Source: Escherichia coli (GTDB lineage Bacteria; Pseudomonadota; Gammaproteobacteria; Enterobacterales; Enterobacteriaceae). From it: a stretch of DNA of 64,000 nucleotides. Location of the stretch: NCBI RefSeq assembly GCF_041886205.1, contig NZ_CP169029.1, one strand, 5' to 3'. Positions 48,751-61,486 of this stretch are shown piece by piece. The number at the start of each line of letters is the position of its first letter. The first letter of the stretch is position 1. The notes under the pieces are model-generated. The model was not told the DNA's origin, made no database searches, and saw nothing but the letters and a program-made list of their open reading frames with translations. The position numbers and the translations under genes are program-made.

Positions 48751-51521
48751 ATGATCCAGATTGATCTTCCCACGCTGGTAAAACGGCTGAACCTGTTCTC
48801 CCGCCAGGCGCTGGAGATGGCCGCCTCTGAATGTATGAGTCAGCAGGCAGCGGAAATTACCGTCAGCCATGTGCTCATTCAGATGCTCACCATGCCACGC
48901 AGTGACCTGCGGGTTATTACCCCGCCAGGGCGATATTGGCATGGAAGAAGTTGCGCCAGGCGCTGACGGTAGAGAACTACACGACCGCCCGTTCTGCGGA
49001 CAGCTACCCGGCGTTTTCCCCGATGCTGGTTGAGTGGCTGAAAGAGGGCTGGCTGCTGGCGTCGGCTGAGATGCAGCACAGCGAACTGCGCGGCGGCGTG
49101 TTGCTGCTGGCCCTGCTGCATTCGCCGCTGCGTTATATACCGCCTGCTGCCGCCCGGCTGACCGGCATGAACCGTGACCGTCTGCAAAGGACTTTGTGCA
49201 ATGGACACAGGAGTCGGCGGAATCAGTCGTGCCGGATGCAGACGGTAAAGGCGCAGGCACACATGACGGACGCCTCTGACACCCTGCTTGCCCGCTATGC
49301 CAAAAACATGACCGCAGACGCCCGTAACGGCAGGCTTGACCCGGTACTGTGCCGCGACCACGAAATCGACCTGATGATCGACATTCTCTGCCGCCGCCGT
49401 AAAAACAACCCGGTGGTGGTGGGCGAAGCGGGCGTGGGCAAAAGCGCACTGATTGAAGGGCTGGCGCTGCGCATCGTGGCAGGCCAGGTGCCGGACAAGC
49501 TGAAAAACACCGATATCATGACCCTGACCTGGGCGCATTGCAGGCCGGGGCGTCGGTGAAGGGTGAATTCGAAAAACGTTTCAAAGGGCTGATGGCGGAG
49601 GTCATTTCCTCCCCGGTGCCGGTCATTCTGTTTATCGACGAAGCACATACCCTGATTGGCGCGGGCAACCAGCAGGGCGGGCTGGATATCTCCAACCTGC
49701 TCAAACCGGCGCTGGCGCGCGGCGAGCTGAAAACCATCGCCGCCACCACCTGGAGCGGTACAAAAAATACTTCGAAAAAGATGCCGCCCTGTCGCGCCGC
49801 TTCCAGTTGGTGAAGGTCAGCGAACCCAACGCTGCCGAAGCCACCATTATTCTGCGCGGTCTGTCGGCGGTCTATGAACAGTCTCACGGCGTGCTGATTG
49901 ATGATGACGCCTTGCAGGCCGCTGCGACATTAAGCGAGCGTTATCTCTCCGGGCGTCAGTTACCGGACAAAGCGATTGATGTGCTGGATACCGCCTGCGC
50001 CCGTGTGGCCATCAACCTGTCGTCGCCGCCGAAGCAAATCTCGGCGCTGACCACTCTGAGCCACCAGCAGGAGGCGGGAAATTCGCCAGCTTGAGCGCGA
50101 GCTTCGCATCGGACTGCGTACCGACACATCACGGATGACCGAGGTGCTGGTGCAGTATGATGAAACGCTGACGGCGCTGGATGAACTGGAAGCGGCCTGG
50201 CACCAGCAGCAGACGCTGGTCCGGGAGATTATTGCGCTGCGCCAGCAGTTACTGGGCGTGGCAGAGGACGATGCGGCGCCGTTGCCGGACCGCAGATACC
50301 GTGGAGGATACGCAGCCAGAGTCAGAGTCAGAACAGGATAATACCGAGTGCCGTACCGGCTGGATGAGGCCGACAGAGAACAGCCGGAAGAGACCGCTGA
50401 AACAGTTTCCCCGGTACAACGTCTGGCGCCATCTCACTGCCGAACTGGACGCCCTGCATAACGACCGGTTGCTGGTTTCCCCGCACGTCGATAAAAAACA
50501 GATTGCGGCGGTGATTGCCGAATGGACCGGCGTGCCGCTTAACCGCCTGTCGCAGAATGAAATGTCGGTCATCACCGACCTGCCAAAATGGCTCGGCGAC
50601 ACCATCAAGGGCCAGGACCTGGCGATTGCCAGCCTGCACAAACACCTGCTGACCGCACGCGCCGACCTGCGCCGTCCGGGACGCCCGCTGGGCGCGTTCC
50701 TGCTGGCTGGCCCCAGCGGCGTGGGTAAAACTGAAACCGTCCTGCAACTGGCAGAGCTGCTCTACGGCGGTCGCCAGTACCTGACCACCATCAATATGTC
50801 CGAGTTCCAGGAGAAACATACCGTCTCGCGACTGATTGGTTCGCCTCCGGGCTACGTTGGCTACGGTGAAGGCGGCGTACTGACCGAAGCGATTCGCCAG
50901 AAACCCTACTCGGTAGTACTGCTCGATGAAGTGGAAAAAGCGCACCCGGATGTGCTCAACCTGTTCTACCAGGCGTTCGATAAGGGCGAAATGGCAGACG
51001 GTGAAGGCCGCCTGATTGACTGCAAAAATATCGTCTTCTTCCTGACGTCCAACCTCGGCTACCAGGTAATAGTCGAGCATGCCGATGACCCGGAAACCAT
51101 GCAGGAAGTACTGTATCCAGTTGTGCTGGCCGACTTCTTCAAACCTGCCCTGCTGGCGCGTATGGAAGTGGTGCCGTACCTGCCGCTGTCGAAAGAGACG
51201 CTCGCCACCATCATTGCCGGGAAACTGGCCCGCCTGGATAACGTGCTGCGCAGCCGCTTTGGCGCGGAGGTGATTATAGAACCGGAAGTGACGGACGAAA
51301 TCATGAGCCGCGTCACCCGCGCGGAAAACGGCGCGAGGATGCTGGAATCGGTCATCGACGGCAAGATGCCGCCGCTGCTCTCCCTGCTGCTGTTGCAGAA
51401 AATGGCGGCGAATACGGCGGTTGCCCGGATTCGGTTGTCGGCAGTGGACGGCGCATTTACGGCAGACGTGGAAGATGCTCAGAACGACGAGTCCGTCACA
51501 AAGGATGAAACGGTTTTATGA
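48751..51521 (+). pseudogene. clpV: clpV/tssH (T6SS AAA+ ATPase), about five frameshifts
   Basis: N-terminus MIQIDLPTLVKRLNLFSRQALEMAASECMSQQ...; Walker A of the first ATPase domain ([18 protein letters not shown]) and second (FLLAGPSGVGKTETV) lie in different frames; pieces in 6 ORFs. Confidence 0.8.
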
Positions 51522-52261
51522 GCAGGTTGCGCGTTTTCCGGCAGACAGGATGGTTTATCGCGGGCCTGATGACGGGCTTACCCGCCACTGCCGCGCCCGC
51601 AGAAGCATCGTCAATGGCCGGTGTGGCGGTTGCCGTCGCCACCACGACCCCGCCGGATGCGACAGCCACGTTACAGGCCATGCAGTCCTGTCGGCGGGAG
51701 TCCGCGGCGCTGGAGCGGCTTGACTGCTATGACCGCCTGCTGGCACCGCTGTCCCCGTCAGGGTTTGACGGGGCGCTGGTCAAAGCCGGTTTTGTGGGCG
51801 AAGCCTGGACCCGCGCCACAGAACAGGAAAAACACCGCCAGGGCAACACCACAGAGCTGCTGGTGACGCAGGTGCCGGGGGAGCGCCCGACGGTGGTGAT
51901 AACCACCCCGGCTATCGGTCATGTTCCGCCACGCCCGGTGCTGATGTTCAGTTGCGTGGACAATATCACCCGGATGCAGGTGGCGCTGATGCACCCTCTG
52001 GATGTCCATGATATCGCCGTCACTCTGAATGCCGACAACCGGGCATTGCGCAGCCACTGGTTTGTGCGCGAGAACGGCACCCTGCTGGAGTCCAGCCGGG
52101 GGTTATCCGGGATTGATGAAATTAAGCAACTGTTCGGCGCAAAAACGCTGACGGTGGATACCGGCGCAGACAATGCCGCCGGAAAGCTGACCTTTAACAT
52201 TGACGGGCTGGCAAGGGCGATTGCTCCCCTGCGCGATGCCTGCCACTGGGCGGGAGAGTAA
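51518..52261 (+). CDS. T6SS-associated periplasmic protein, VasI-like by position; reading frame intact
   Basis: 247 aa with N-terminal signal-like segment (...GWFIAGLMTGLPATAAPA...); sits between clpV and tssA as VasI does in V. cholerae-type clusters; ATGA overlap with clpV. Confidence 0.5.
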   Translation: MSRLRVFRQTGWFIAGLMTGLPATAAPAEASSMAGVAVAVATTTPPDATATLQAMQSCRRESAALERLDCYDRLLAPLSPSGFDGALVKAGFVGEAWTRATEQEKHRQGNTTELLVTQVPGERPTVVITTPAIGHVPPRPVLMFSCVDNITRMQVALMHPLDVHDIAVTLNADNRALRSHWFVRENGTLLESSRGLSGIDEIKQLFGAKTLTVDTGADNAAGKLTFNIDGLARAIAPLRDACHWAGE

Positions 52262-52265
52262 AAAT

Positions 52266-53679
52266 ATGGCAATGGACTTACGCGATCCGAATGTCTGGAT
52301 ATCGCACCTGCTGGAAAACCTGCCGGAAGAGAAACTGGCATCGGCGCTGAAAGATGACAACCCGAACTGGGAGTATATCGACGGCGAAATCGTCAAGCTG
52401 GGATCGCTGGCCCACAGTCAACTGGATATCCCGGAACTCCAGCGCCGGGGGCTGGTCATTCTGGCTTCGGAGAGTAAGGATTTTCGTCTGCTGGCGCATC
52501 TGCTGAGAACCCTGCAACACGCCGGTGATCCTCACTCCCGCATTGCGCCTGCTGGCGCTGTATGTGGAGCATTACTGGGCGGTGGCTGCGCCGCAGAATA
52601 TGGCGCATAAAAAACGCTTTGCCAGCCAGGTCATTAAACGCTTTGAAACAGGTATTGAAGTTTTTTCACAGAACGCCGCCACAGCGCAGCGCGATGCGCT
52701 GTCAGGGGAACTGGCAAAACTGGCGCAATGCTGGCAGTCACATAACGCCCCGGAACTGGCACAGGCTACTGATGATCTTTTTGCCCCGTACCAGCGTGCG
52801 TTTAATCGTGCGGCACCGGTTCCTGTCCCCACTCCGGCGGCCTCCGGTAGTTCACCACAGACCACCGCCACGTCTGAAAGCGGCGTGACGCAACCCAGTG
52901 CTCCGGCTCCCCAAATCGTCATCGACAGTCACGACGACAAAGCCTGGCGCGACACGCTGTTAAAAGTGGCGGCCATTTTATGTGAACGCCAGCCGGATTC
53001 ACCGCAGGGCTACCGTCTGCGCCGCCATGCGCTTTGGCAGAACATCACCAGTACGCCCCAGGCGGAAAGCGATGGCCGTACTCCACTGGCTGCGGTCTCC
53101 GCCGATATGGTGGCAGATTACCATGCTCAGCTCGGTAGTGCCGATATGGCGCTGTGGCAGCAGGTGGAGAAAAGCGTACTGCTGGCTCCTTACTGGCTGG
53201 ATGGTCACTGCCTTTCTGCACAGACGGCGCTGCGTCTGGGTTACAAACAGGTGGCAGACGCCATCCGCGATGAGGTCATCCGCTTCCTTGAGCGTCTGCC
53301 CCAGCTTACCGGGCTGCTGTTTAATGACCACACACCGTTTATCAGTGAGCAGACGAAACAATGGCTGGCAGCTTCGCCCGACGCCAAAGTTGCACCGGTT
53401 GCGCAAATCGGTGAGGAATCGAAGGCAGCCAGAGCCTGTTTTGCTGAGCAGGGTCTGGAGGCGGCGCTGCGATATCTGGACATGCTACCCGAAGGCGATC
53501 CCCGCGATCAGTTTCACCGCCAGTACCTTGCCGCACAGTTGACGGAAGAGGCGGGGCTGGTACAGCTTGCGCAGCAGCAGTACCGGATGTTGTTCAGGAT
53601 GGGATTGCAGATGATGGTGGCAGACTGGGAGCCGTCCCTGCTTGAGCAGCTAGAACAAAAATTCACGGCAGAACAATAA
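52266..53679 (+). pseudogene. tssA: tssA (ImpA-N-domain protein), one frameshift near 52540
   Basis: MAMDLRDPNVWISHLLENLPEEKLASALKDDNPNWEYIDGEIVKLGSLAHSQLDIPELQRRG... continues in a second frame (ORF 52525..53679). Confidence 0.65.
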
Positions 53680-53697
53680 AAGAGAACAGGAGTTTTT

Positions 53698-56600
53698 GTG
53701 TTCAGATTACCAACACCCCGACTACTCAGCGGACTCAAATCAGCCCTGCGACCGGCGATGCCCCGGTTTAAAGTCTCTGCTTTCTGGCTGCTGATACTGG
53801 CGTGGATTTTTCTGCTGGTGTGGATCTGGTGGAAAGGCCCGACGTGGACGCTGTATGAAGAACAGTGGCTCTAAACCACTGGCGAACCGCTGGCTGGCAA
53901 CGGCGGCGTGGGGGATTATTGCCCTGATGTGGCTTACCGTCCGGGTGATGAAGCGCCTGCAACAGCTTGAAAAACAGCAAAAACAACAGCGCGAGGAAGC
54001 CGTTCGATCCGCTCAGTGTGGAACTGAACGCCCAGCAGCGTTACCTCGACCGCTGGCTGCTGCGCCTGCAACGCCATCTCGACAACCGCCGTTTCCTGTG
54101 GCAATTGCCGTGGTATATGGTCATCGGCCCGGCGGGCAGTGGCAAAACGACACTGCTGCGCGAGGGGTTTCCGTCAGACATTATTTATGCCCCGGAGGGC
54201 TCGCGCGGCGCAGAACAACGCCTGTACCTTACGCCCCATGTCGGTAAACAGGCGGTGATCTTTGATATCGACGGCACACTCTGCGCTCCCGCTGATGCGG
54301 ATATCCTGCATCGCCGTCTGTGGGAACATACCCTCGGCTGGCTGAAGGAAAAGCGCGCGCGCCAGCCCGCTGAACGGGATTATTCTGACACTCGATTTAC
54401 CCGATCTGCTGACCGCAGACAAGCGCCGCCGTGAGTATCTGCTACAGACGCTGCGCAGCCGCTTGCAGGATATACGCCAGCATCTTCACTGCCAGCTACC
54501 GGTTTACGTGGTACTGACCCGGCTTGATTTATTGCAGGGTTTTGCCGCCCTGTTCCAGTCCCTGAACAGACAGGATCGTGATGCGATTCTGGGTGTCACG
54601 TTCACCCGCCGTGCCCATGAAAATGATGACTGGCGAACAGAGTTGAATGCTTTCTGGCAGACATGGGTGGATCGAATGAATCTGGCGTTGCCGGATCTGA
54701 TGGTCGCTCAGACTCACACCCGCGCGTCTTTATTCAGTTTTTCCCGCCAGATGCAGGGAAGCCGTGAACCCCTGGTGTCACTGCTTGAAGGTCTGCTTGA
54801 CGGCGAAAATATGAACGTGATGCTGCGTGGTGTCTATCTCACCTCGTCACTGCAACGCGGCCAGATGGATGACATCTTTACCCAGTCCGCCGCCCGCCAG
54901 TACCGGCTGGGCAATAACCCACTGGCGTCCTGGCCCCTGGTGGACACCGCGCCTTATTTCACCCGCAGCCTGTTCCCGCAGGCATTACTCGCAGAGCCTA
55001 ATCTGGCAACGGAGAGCCGTGACTGGCTGATGCGTTCCCGTCGCCGCCTGACGGTTTTCTCTGCCACAGGCGGCGTGGCGGCACTGCTGCTCATCACCGG
55101 CTGGCATCACTATCACAACGGTAACTATCAGTCCGGCATCACCGTGCTTAAGCAGGCCAAAGCCTTTATGGACGTGCCGCCTCCGCAGGGGAAAGACGAC
55201 TACGGCAACCTGCAACTGCCGCTGCTGAACCCGGTACGCGATGCCACACTGGCCTATGGCGACTGGGGCGACCGCAGCCGTCTGGCCGATATGGGACTGT
55301 ACCAGGGACGACGTATCGGGCCTTATGTGGAACAGACCTATCTGCAACTACTAGAGCAGCGTTACCTGCCCTCGCTGTTTAACGGGCTGGTCAAAGCGAT
55401 GAACGCCGCGCCGCCGGAGAGTGAGGAAAAACTCGCCGTGCTGCGCGTGATGCGAATGCTGGAGGACAAAAGCGGACGCAATAATGAGGTGGTGAAGCAG
55501 TATATGGCAAAACGCTGGAGCGAAAAAGTTCCACGGCCAGCGTGATATCCAGGCACAACTGATGTCCCATCTTGACTACGCGCTGGCTCATACTGACTGG
55601 CATGCAGAGCGTCAGGCGGGCGACGGTGACGCCATCAGCCGCTGGATGCCATATGACAAGCCCGTGGTATCAGCACAGAAAGAACTGAGCAAACTGCCTG
55701 TCTACCAGCGGGTTTACCAGAGCCTGAAAACGCGGGCGCTGGGCGTTCTTACCTGCTGACCTCAATCTGCGTGACCAGGTAGGGCCAACCTTTGACCAGG
55801 TCTTTACATCTGCCGATGACAACAAACTGGTTGTTCCACAGTTTCTTACCCGTTACGGCCTGCAAAGCTATTTTGTAAAACAGCGCGATGAACTGGTTGA
55901 ACTGACGGCAATGGATTCCTGGGTACTCAACCTCACCCGCAGTGTGAAATACAGTGACGCCGACCGCGCGGAAATCCAGCGCCAGTTGACCGAGCAGTAT
56001 ATCAGCGACTACACCGCTACCTGGCGAGCCGGGATGTGACAATCTGAATATCCGCAATTTTGAGTCCATTGGACAACTGACCGGGGCGCTGGAGCAGGTT
56101 ATCAGCGGCGACCAGCCTTTGCAGCGGGCGCTGACTGTGTTGCGTGACAACACACAGCCAGGCGTCTTTTCTGAAAAACTTTCTGCCAAAGAACGGGATG
56201 AGGCTCTGGCAGAACCGGACTACCAGTTGCTCACCCGCCTCGGGCATGAATTTGCCCCGGAAAACAGTACTCTGGCAGTACAGAAAGACAAAGAAAGCAC
56301 GATGCAGGCCGTGTATCAGCAACTCACCGAGTTGCACCGCTATCTGCTGGCAATTCAGAACGCGCCTGTACCAGGGAAATCGGCGCTGAAAGCCGTGCAG
56401 TTGCGGCTTGATCAGAACAGCAGCGATCCGATATTCGCCACCCGCCAGATGGCAAAGACACTGCCTGCTCCGCTCAACCGCTGGGTTGGCAGACTGGCTG
56501 ACCAGGCCTGGCATGTGGTGATGGTGGAGGCCGTTCACTATATGGAAGTGGACTGGCGCGACAGCGTGGTGAAACCGTTTAACGAGCAACTGGCAAATAA

Positions 56601-57228
56601 CTATCCGTTTAATCCGCGTTCTGCACAGGATGCCTCACTGGATGCCTTCGAACGCTTCTTTAAACCGGATGGCATACTGGATACCTTCTACCAGCAGAAC
56701 CTGAAGCTGTTTATCGACAATGACCTGAGTCTGGAGGATGGCGATAACAGCGTCATTATTCGCGAAGATATTATTGCGCAACTGAAAACCGCGCAGAAAA
56801 TCCGTGACATCTTCTTCAGTAAACAGAACGGTCTGGGAACATCCTTTGCCGTGGAAACGGTATCGCTCTCCGGCAACAAACGCCGCAGTGTACTGAACCT
56901 TGACGGCCAGTTAGTCGATTACAGCCAGGGGCGCAACTATACCGCCCATCTGGTCTGGCCTAACAATATGCGCGAAGGCAACGAAAGCAAACTGACGCTC
57001 ATCGGCACCAGCGGCAACGCGCCGCGCAGTATCAGCTTCAGCGGGCCGTGGGCGCAGTTCCGCCTTTTCGGGGCCGGACAACTGACCGGAGTTCAGGATG
57101 GCAACGTTACCGTGCGCTTTAGCGTGGACGCTGGCGCGATGACCTACCGTGTGCATACCGACACTGAGGATAACCCATTCAGCGGTGGGTTATTCAGCCA
57201 GTTTGGTCTGTCAGACACACTGTACTGA
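53698..57228 (+). pseudogene. tssM: tssM (IcmF-like membrane-complex component), about five frameshifts
   Basis: GTG start with N-terminal transmembrane helices (...FWLLILAWIFLLVWIWW...); Walker A ...MVIGPAGSGKTTLL...; pieces in ORFs 53967..54434, 54463..55545, 55562..55759, 56119..57228. Confidence 0.75.
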
Positions 57229-57239
57229 GGAGGCAGGGA

Positions 57240-58593
57240 TGGATAGTAACGGACTGACACAAACTATCGTTACCGGCAGTGACCCGCGCGGGGCTGCCGG
57301 AATTCAGTGCCATCCGCGAGGAAATAAACAAAGCCAGCCACCCGTCACAGCCTGAGCTGAACTGGAAACTGGTGGAGTCGCTGGCACTGGCGATTTTTAA
57401 AGCCAACGGTGTGGATTTACACACCGCCACCTACTAGACGCTTGCCCGGACACGGACACAGGGACTGGCGGGATTCTGCGAAGGTGCGGAACTGCTGGCG
57501 GCAATGGTAAGCCACGACTGGGATAAGTTCTGGCCGCAGGGCGGCCCGGCGCGTACTGAAACGCCGGACTGGTTTAACTCCCGAACCGGCAATATTCTGC
57601 GTCAGCAAATCTCCTTTGCGGAATCCGACCTACCACTGATCTACCGCACAGAGCGGGCATTGCAGCTTATCTGCGATAAGCTCCAGCAGGTGGAACTGAA
57701 GCGCGTTCCGCGCGTGGAGAATCTGCTCTATATTTATGCAGAACACGCGTAAACGGCTTGAACCCCAGACTGAAGAGTAACACTGAGAACGCCGCACAGA
57801 CCACGGTCAGAACGCTGATTTATGCCCCGGAAACACAGGCATCTTCCACACCAGAAGCGGTAGTGCCTCCCCTGCCCGGCCTGCCTGAGATGAAAGTGGA
57901 AGTGCGCAGTCTGACAGAGAATCCCCCACAGGCCAGTGTGATAAAGCAAGGCAGTACGGTAAGAGGGTTTATCGCAGGGATCGCCTGTTCAGTGGCTGTC
58001 GCCTCAGCATTGTGGTGGTGGCAGGTCTATCCGGTGCAGCAGCAACTGTTACAGGTTAACGACACCGCTCAGGGCGCAGCAACGGTGTGGATGGCCTCAC
58101 CTGAACTCGAAAACTATGAGCGCAGGCTGCAACAACTTCTTGATACCTCCCGGTACAGCCGCTGGAAACCGGGATGCAGATGATGCGTGTTGCCGACAGT
58201 CGCTGGCCGGAAAGCCTGCAACAGCAACAGGCCTCGACACAATGGAATGAGGCACTCAAAACCCGCGCACAGAGTAGCCCGCAGTTGCGTGGCTGGTTGC
58301 AGACCCGCCAGGACTTACATGCTTTTGCAGATCTAGTGATGCAGCGCGAGAAAGAGGGACTAACCCTTTCCTATATCAAAAATGTCATCTGGCAGGCGGA
58401 GCGGGGACTGGGGCAGGAAACACCCGTTGAGTCTCTGTTGACGCAGTACCAGGATGCCCGTGCGCAGAAGCAGAATACAGATGCGCTGGAAAAACAAATT
58501 AATGAGCGACTCGAAGGCGTGTTAAGCCGCTGGCTGCTGCTGAAGAATAACGTCATGCCAGAGGCGGCAACCGGTACCACGGCCGAAAAATAA
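57240..58593 (+). pseudogene. Unassigned T6SS accessory gene(s) (TagF/VasL-position), fragmented; family not determined
   Basis: ORF pieces 57240..57355, 57504..57752, 57758..58183, 58174..58593 in different frames; lies between tssM and the second hcp. Confidence 0.3.
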
Positions 58594-58616
58594 TTATTTA
58601 ATTAAAGGAGATTATC

Positions 58617-59099
58617 ATGGCAAATATAAGTTATTTATCTTTGAGTGGAGAGACACAAGGGCTGATTTCAGCAGGTTGCTCAACGCTTGATTCTGTCGGA
58701 AACAAAGCGCAGCCAGAACATAAAGATCGAGATCATGGTTTATGCGTTAATGCATTCCATCTCAAGAAGTCAAAATGTCAATCATCATGAATTAATTATC
58801 ACCAAACCGGTTGATAAATCCTCACCATTGCTGGCAAAAGCACTTAGTGACAATGAAAAAATGGCAATATGTGAATTTATACTCTACCGAACCAGTAAAG
58901 CGGGTATTTACCAGCCTTATTATAAAATAAATCTGTCAAAAGCCCGAATATCAAGTATTGATTTTGTCACACCGCATGCTGTCCTGGAAAAGAACTGGAA
59001 CCACAGGAGAGAATTGCCTTTATTTATGAAGATATTTCCTGGGAGCATACGTTAGCCGGTACGAATGCAATGAGTAAATGGCAGGATCGTGTACAGTAA
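58617..59099 (+). pseudogene. hcp: Second Hcp-family gene, two frameshifts
   Basis: MANISYLSLSGETQGLISAGCSTLDSVGN (Hcp N-terminus) then frame loss; middle part ...DKSSPLLAKALSDNEKMAICEFILYRTSKAGIYQPYYKI...; C-terminus ...ISWEHTLAGTNAMSKWQDRVQ* in a third frame. Confidence 0.65.
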
Positions 59100-59142
59100 C
59101 TTACTGTAATAACATAATAAATTACTATTGCGGAGAGATAAA

Positions 59143-60039
59143 ATGGCTGGTTTAAGGAATAACAACAACACACAGAATGCACAGTGGGCTGATTATGTGG
59201 GTGACATTCTTCGGGGGGCTCAGCCGATAAACCAGCTAGTACCTCAGCACCCTTATCTTAACGACGTCCCACTCATTGATGAGTTAAGGCATCAGAACAC
59301 TCATCATGTTATTCTCTTGACACTTGATGTTGCAAAAAAAATACTCAGCCCAATAACATCATTTGATTACATTCATTTTATCACTACACATCCTTCAGGT
59401 ATAAAAGATACACTCGCCTGGTTAGTTAACGCGGGTAAATTAATGACTGAGTTTGATGACAATGGGAAAATTATATTTAACCTTAATGCCTTAAAGTATA
59501 CAAAAGCAAGTTACTTTGAAATACTTGGAGAGAAATATATAAAAATCACAACATCCAGCCCCTGGCTTTTAGAAAAGCTCGGTAAATATATTTTCTCTTC
59601 ACGAGCGCCTCAAGTTCTGGAACTCGCTATTGGCTGGCGAGGAGCTTTATCTGAATCAATAAAAGGAGTTAAGTTCTGTATCTGGTTTTCAGTAGCCTGG
59701 AGAACCATAGAATTTATTATGAGTTCAGAGCGAGATCTGGTTAATTTTCTTGGCGATTTTTCAATGGATGTGGCCAAAGCAGTTATAGCCGGTGGTGTTG
59801 CAACCGCTATTGGAAGCCTGGCTTCTTTTGCCTGTGTTAGCTTTGGCTTTCCAGTAATTCTTGTCGGAGGAGCAATTTTACTGACAGGGATAGTGTGTAC
59901 AGTTGTTTTAAATGAAATCGATGCTCAATGCCATTTATCAGAAAAATTAAAATATGCAATTAGAGATGGACTAAAACGGCAACAGGAACTTGATAAATGG
60001 AAAAGGGAAAACATGACTCCATTTATGTATGTTCTTTAA
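59143..60039 (+). CDS. Hypothetical protein (~298 aa) with C-terminal Gly/Ala-rich hydrophobic segment; candidate Hcp-linked membrane-targeting effector
   Basis: Intact AT-rich ORF directly after the second hcp; C-terminal AKAVIAGGVATAIGSLASFACVSFGFPVILVGGAILLTGIVCTVVL resembles glycine-zipper membrane-inserting segments. Start chosen at MAGLRNN; the alternative start is 59128. Confidence 0.5.
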   Translation: MAGLRNNNNTQNAQWADYVGDILRGAQPINQLVPQHPYLNDVPLIDELRHQNTHHVILLTLDVAKKILSPITSFDYIHFITTHPSGIKDTLAWLVNAGKLMTEFDDNGKIIFNLNALKYTKASYFEILGEKYIKITTSSPWLLEKLGKYIFSSRAPQVLELAIGWRGALSESIKGVKFCIWFSVAWRTIEFIMSSERDLVNFLGDFSMDVAKAVIAGGVATAIGSLASFACVSFGFPVILVGGAILLTGIVCTVVLNEIDAQCHLSEKLKYAIRDGLKRQQELDKWKRENMTPFMYVL

Positions 60040-60067
60040 CACTCCACCCGTGATATGAGGATTAACC

Positions 60068-60433
60068 ATGCGTTTACATGTTAAATTAAAAGAGTTTCTT
60101 TCGATGTTTTTTATGGCCATATTATTTTTCCCTGCATTCAATGCTTCTTTGTTTTTTACCGGAGTTAAACCTCTATATTCAATAATAAAATGCTCCACGG
60201 AAATATTTTATGATTGGAGAATGTTGATTCTGTGCTTTGGTTTCATGTCGTTTTCCTTTTTAAATATTCATGTAATTTTACTTACGATAATAAAATCATT
60301 CTTAATCAAAAAAACGAAGGTAGTCAATTTCGCCACAGACATAAACAATACAGCTAACTCTTATATTTTTACTAATAGCTATCGTAATAGCACCTTTAAT
60401 AGCTCCTTTTGTCACAGGATATGTCAATGCTAA
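60068..60433 (+). CDS. Hypothetical small polytopic membrane protein (121 aa); candidate cognate immunity protein
   Basis: Intact AT-rich ORF 29 bp after the preceding gene; strongly hydrophobic (…FFMAILFFPAF…, …MLILCFGFMSFSFL…). Confidence 0.4.
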   Translation: MRLHVKLKEFLSMFFMAILFFPAFNASLFFTGVKPLYSIIKCSTEIFYDWRMLILCFGFMSFSFLNIHVILLTIIKSFLIKKTKVVNFATDINNTANSYIFTNSYRNSTFNSSFCHRICQC

Positions 60434-60703
60434 TTATCACCCCTGCGGTAATAATGCGGGGATTTTCCCAGCGAGCAATCTGATATTAAAAATGGCATGA
60501 AATGTAGTAACTGAATATATTTCTCGCAAGGAAGATTCAGCAGTTAAATAACTAAATATTCTAAAACAAACAGTTTTTAACTCCGGTATTCCATGTCCTT
60601 TCTTGCACTGTCTTTGTCAAGAAAGATTTCTTATGCAAAGAATTTTGTATTATTGCCGCCCAGAGATTCCTGGCGGCAGATAGAATCTATTATTGATAGC
60701 GAG

Positions 60704-61486
60704 TTAACCAAATCTTTTCACCATCGCTTTATAGGTCTTTTGCTTAAGTTGCATGATTTGCTGCTCTGTCATATCAGTCGTACTGGCTTCATTCTTGTCG
60801 GGCAATGGTGGAAGCACTTTATATTCATACTTCACCGGCGACCAGGTACGTAGCCCACTCACCTGTTGCCACATCCACCAGCGTGAAACGTACCAGGTAG
60901 CGCAGGGAGATAGCGTCGGTGAGTTTTTCATTTTTATAGTCGGACCATACTGTTGATTTCAGCGCAGAGTCATATTTTCCTGTCTGCAACGTATCCTGGA
61001 AAACAATAATCGCTTTCTGATGCCCTTTTGCAGCCCACAAAACGCAGTGCCTGCATCCAGTTCATATTCTCAGCACTGGCAACATCCTCGTTCTCATTTT
61101 TATCTTTGTTTTTGTTACAAGTCAGAGGCTTTTGCCTGTCCGGGATACTCAGAAAAGAACGTGGAAACAGTATAATATTTTCGCATCTCCTCCTGCATAA
61201 TGGTTTCCGGTGCGCGGTTGCCGGATTGAACAAGTATTACAGGAGAATTAAGGGGAACGCGGAACTCATCTCCATCAAGCGCAGCTTGAATATCCTCTTC
61301 GGATACGGCCAGAGTGGTTTCATTACCGAATAAATCTTTGTCTGTCAGTTGCTGGGGAGTGTTTTTATTAATATTACTTTGTGTGACTTGAGCTTTTTTC
61401 TTCTTTTCATCAATAGAAGATTCAGAGGCACATCCTGCAAGCAGCGAGAATAACACACATATGCAACAAAGCTTTTTTGAATTCAT
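60704..61486 (-). pseudogene. yafT: YafT-like lipoprotein gene, about three frameshifts
   Basis: Lipoprotein signal [19 protein letters not shown] at 61486; coding-like continuation in three further frames (ORFs 60970..61233, 60825..61040, 60704..60931); adjacent to tRNA-Asp. Confidence 0.6.

Noticed and set aside
39136-58593. Possibility that the T6SS frameshifts are simply sequencing or assembly errors
   Set aside because: Not fully excluded, but about 27 kb of flanking core genes contain no frame disruptions, and some breaks are in-frame stop codons rather than homopolymer indels; this favours real pseudogenisation. Flagged for read-level verification.
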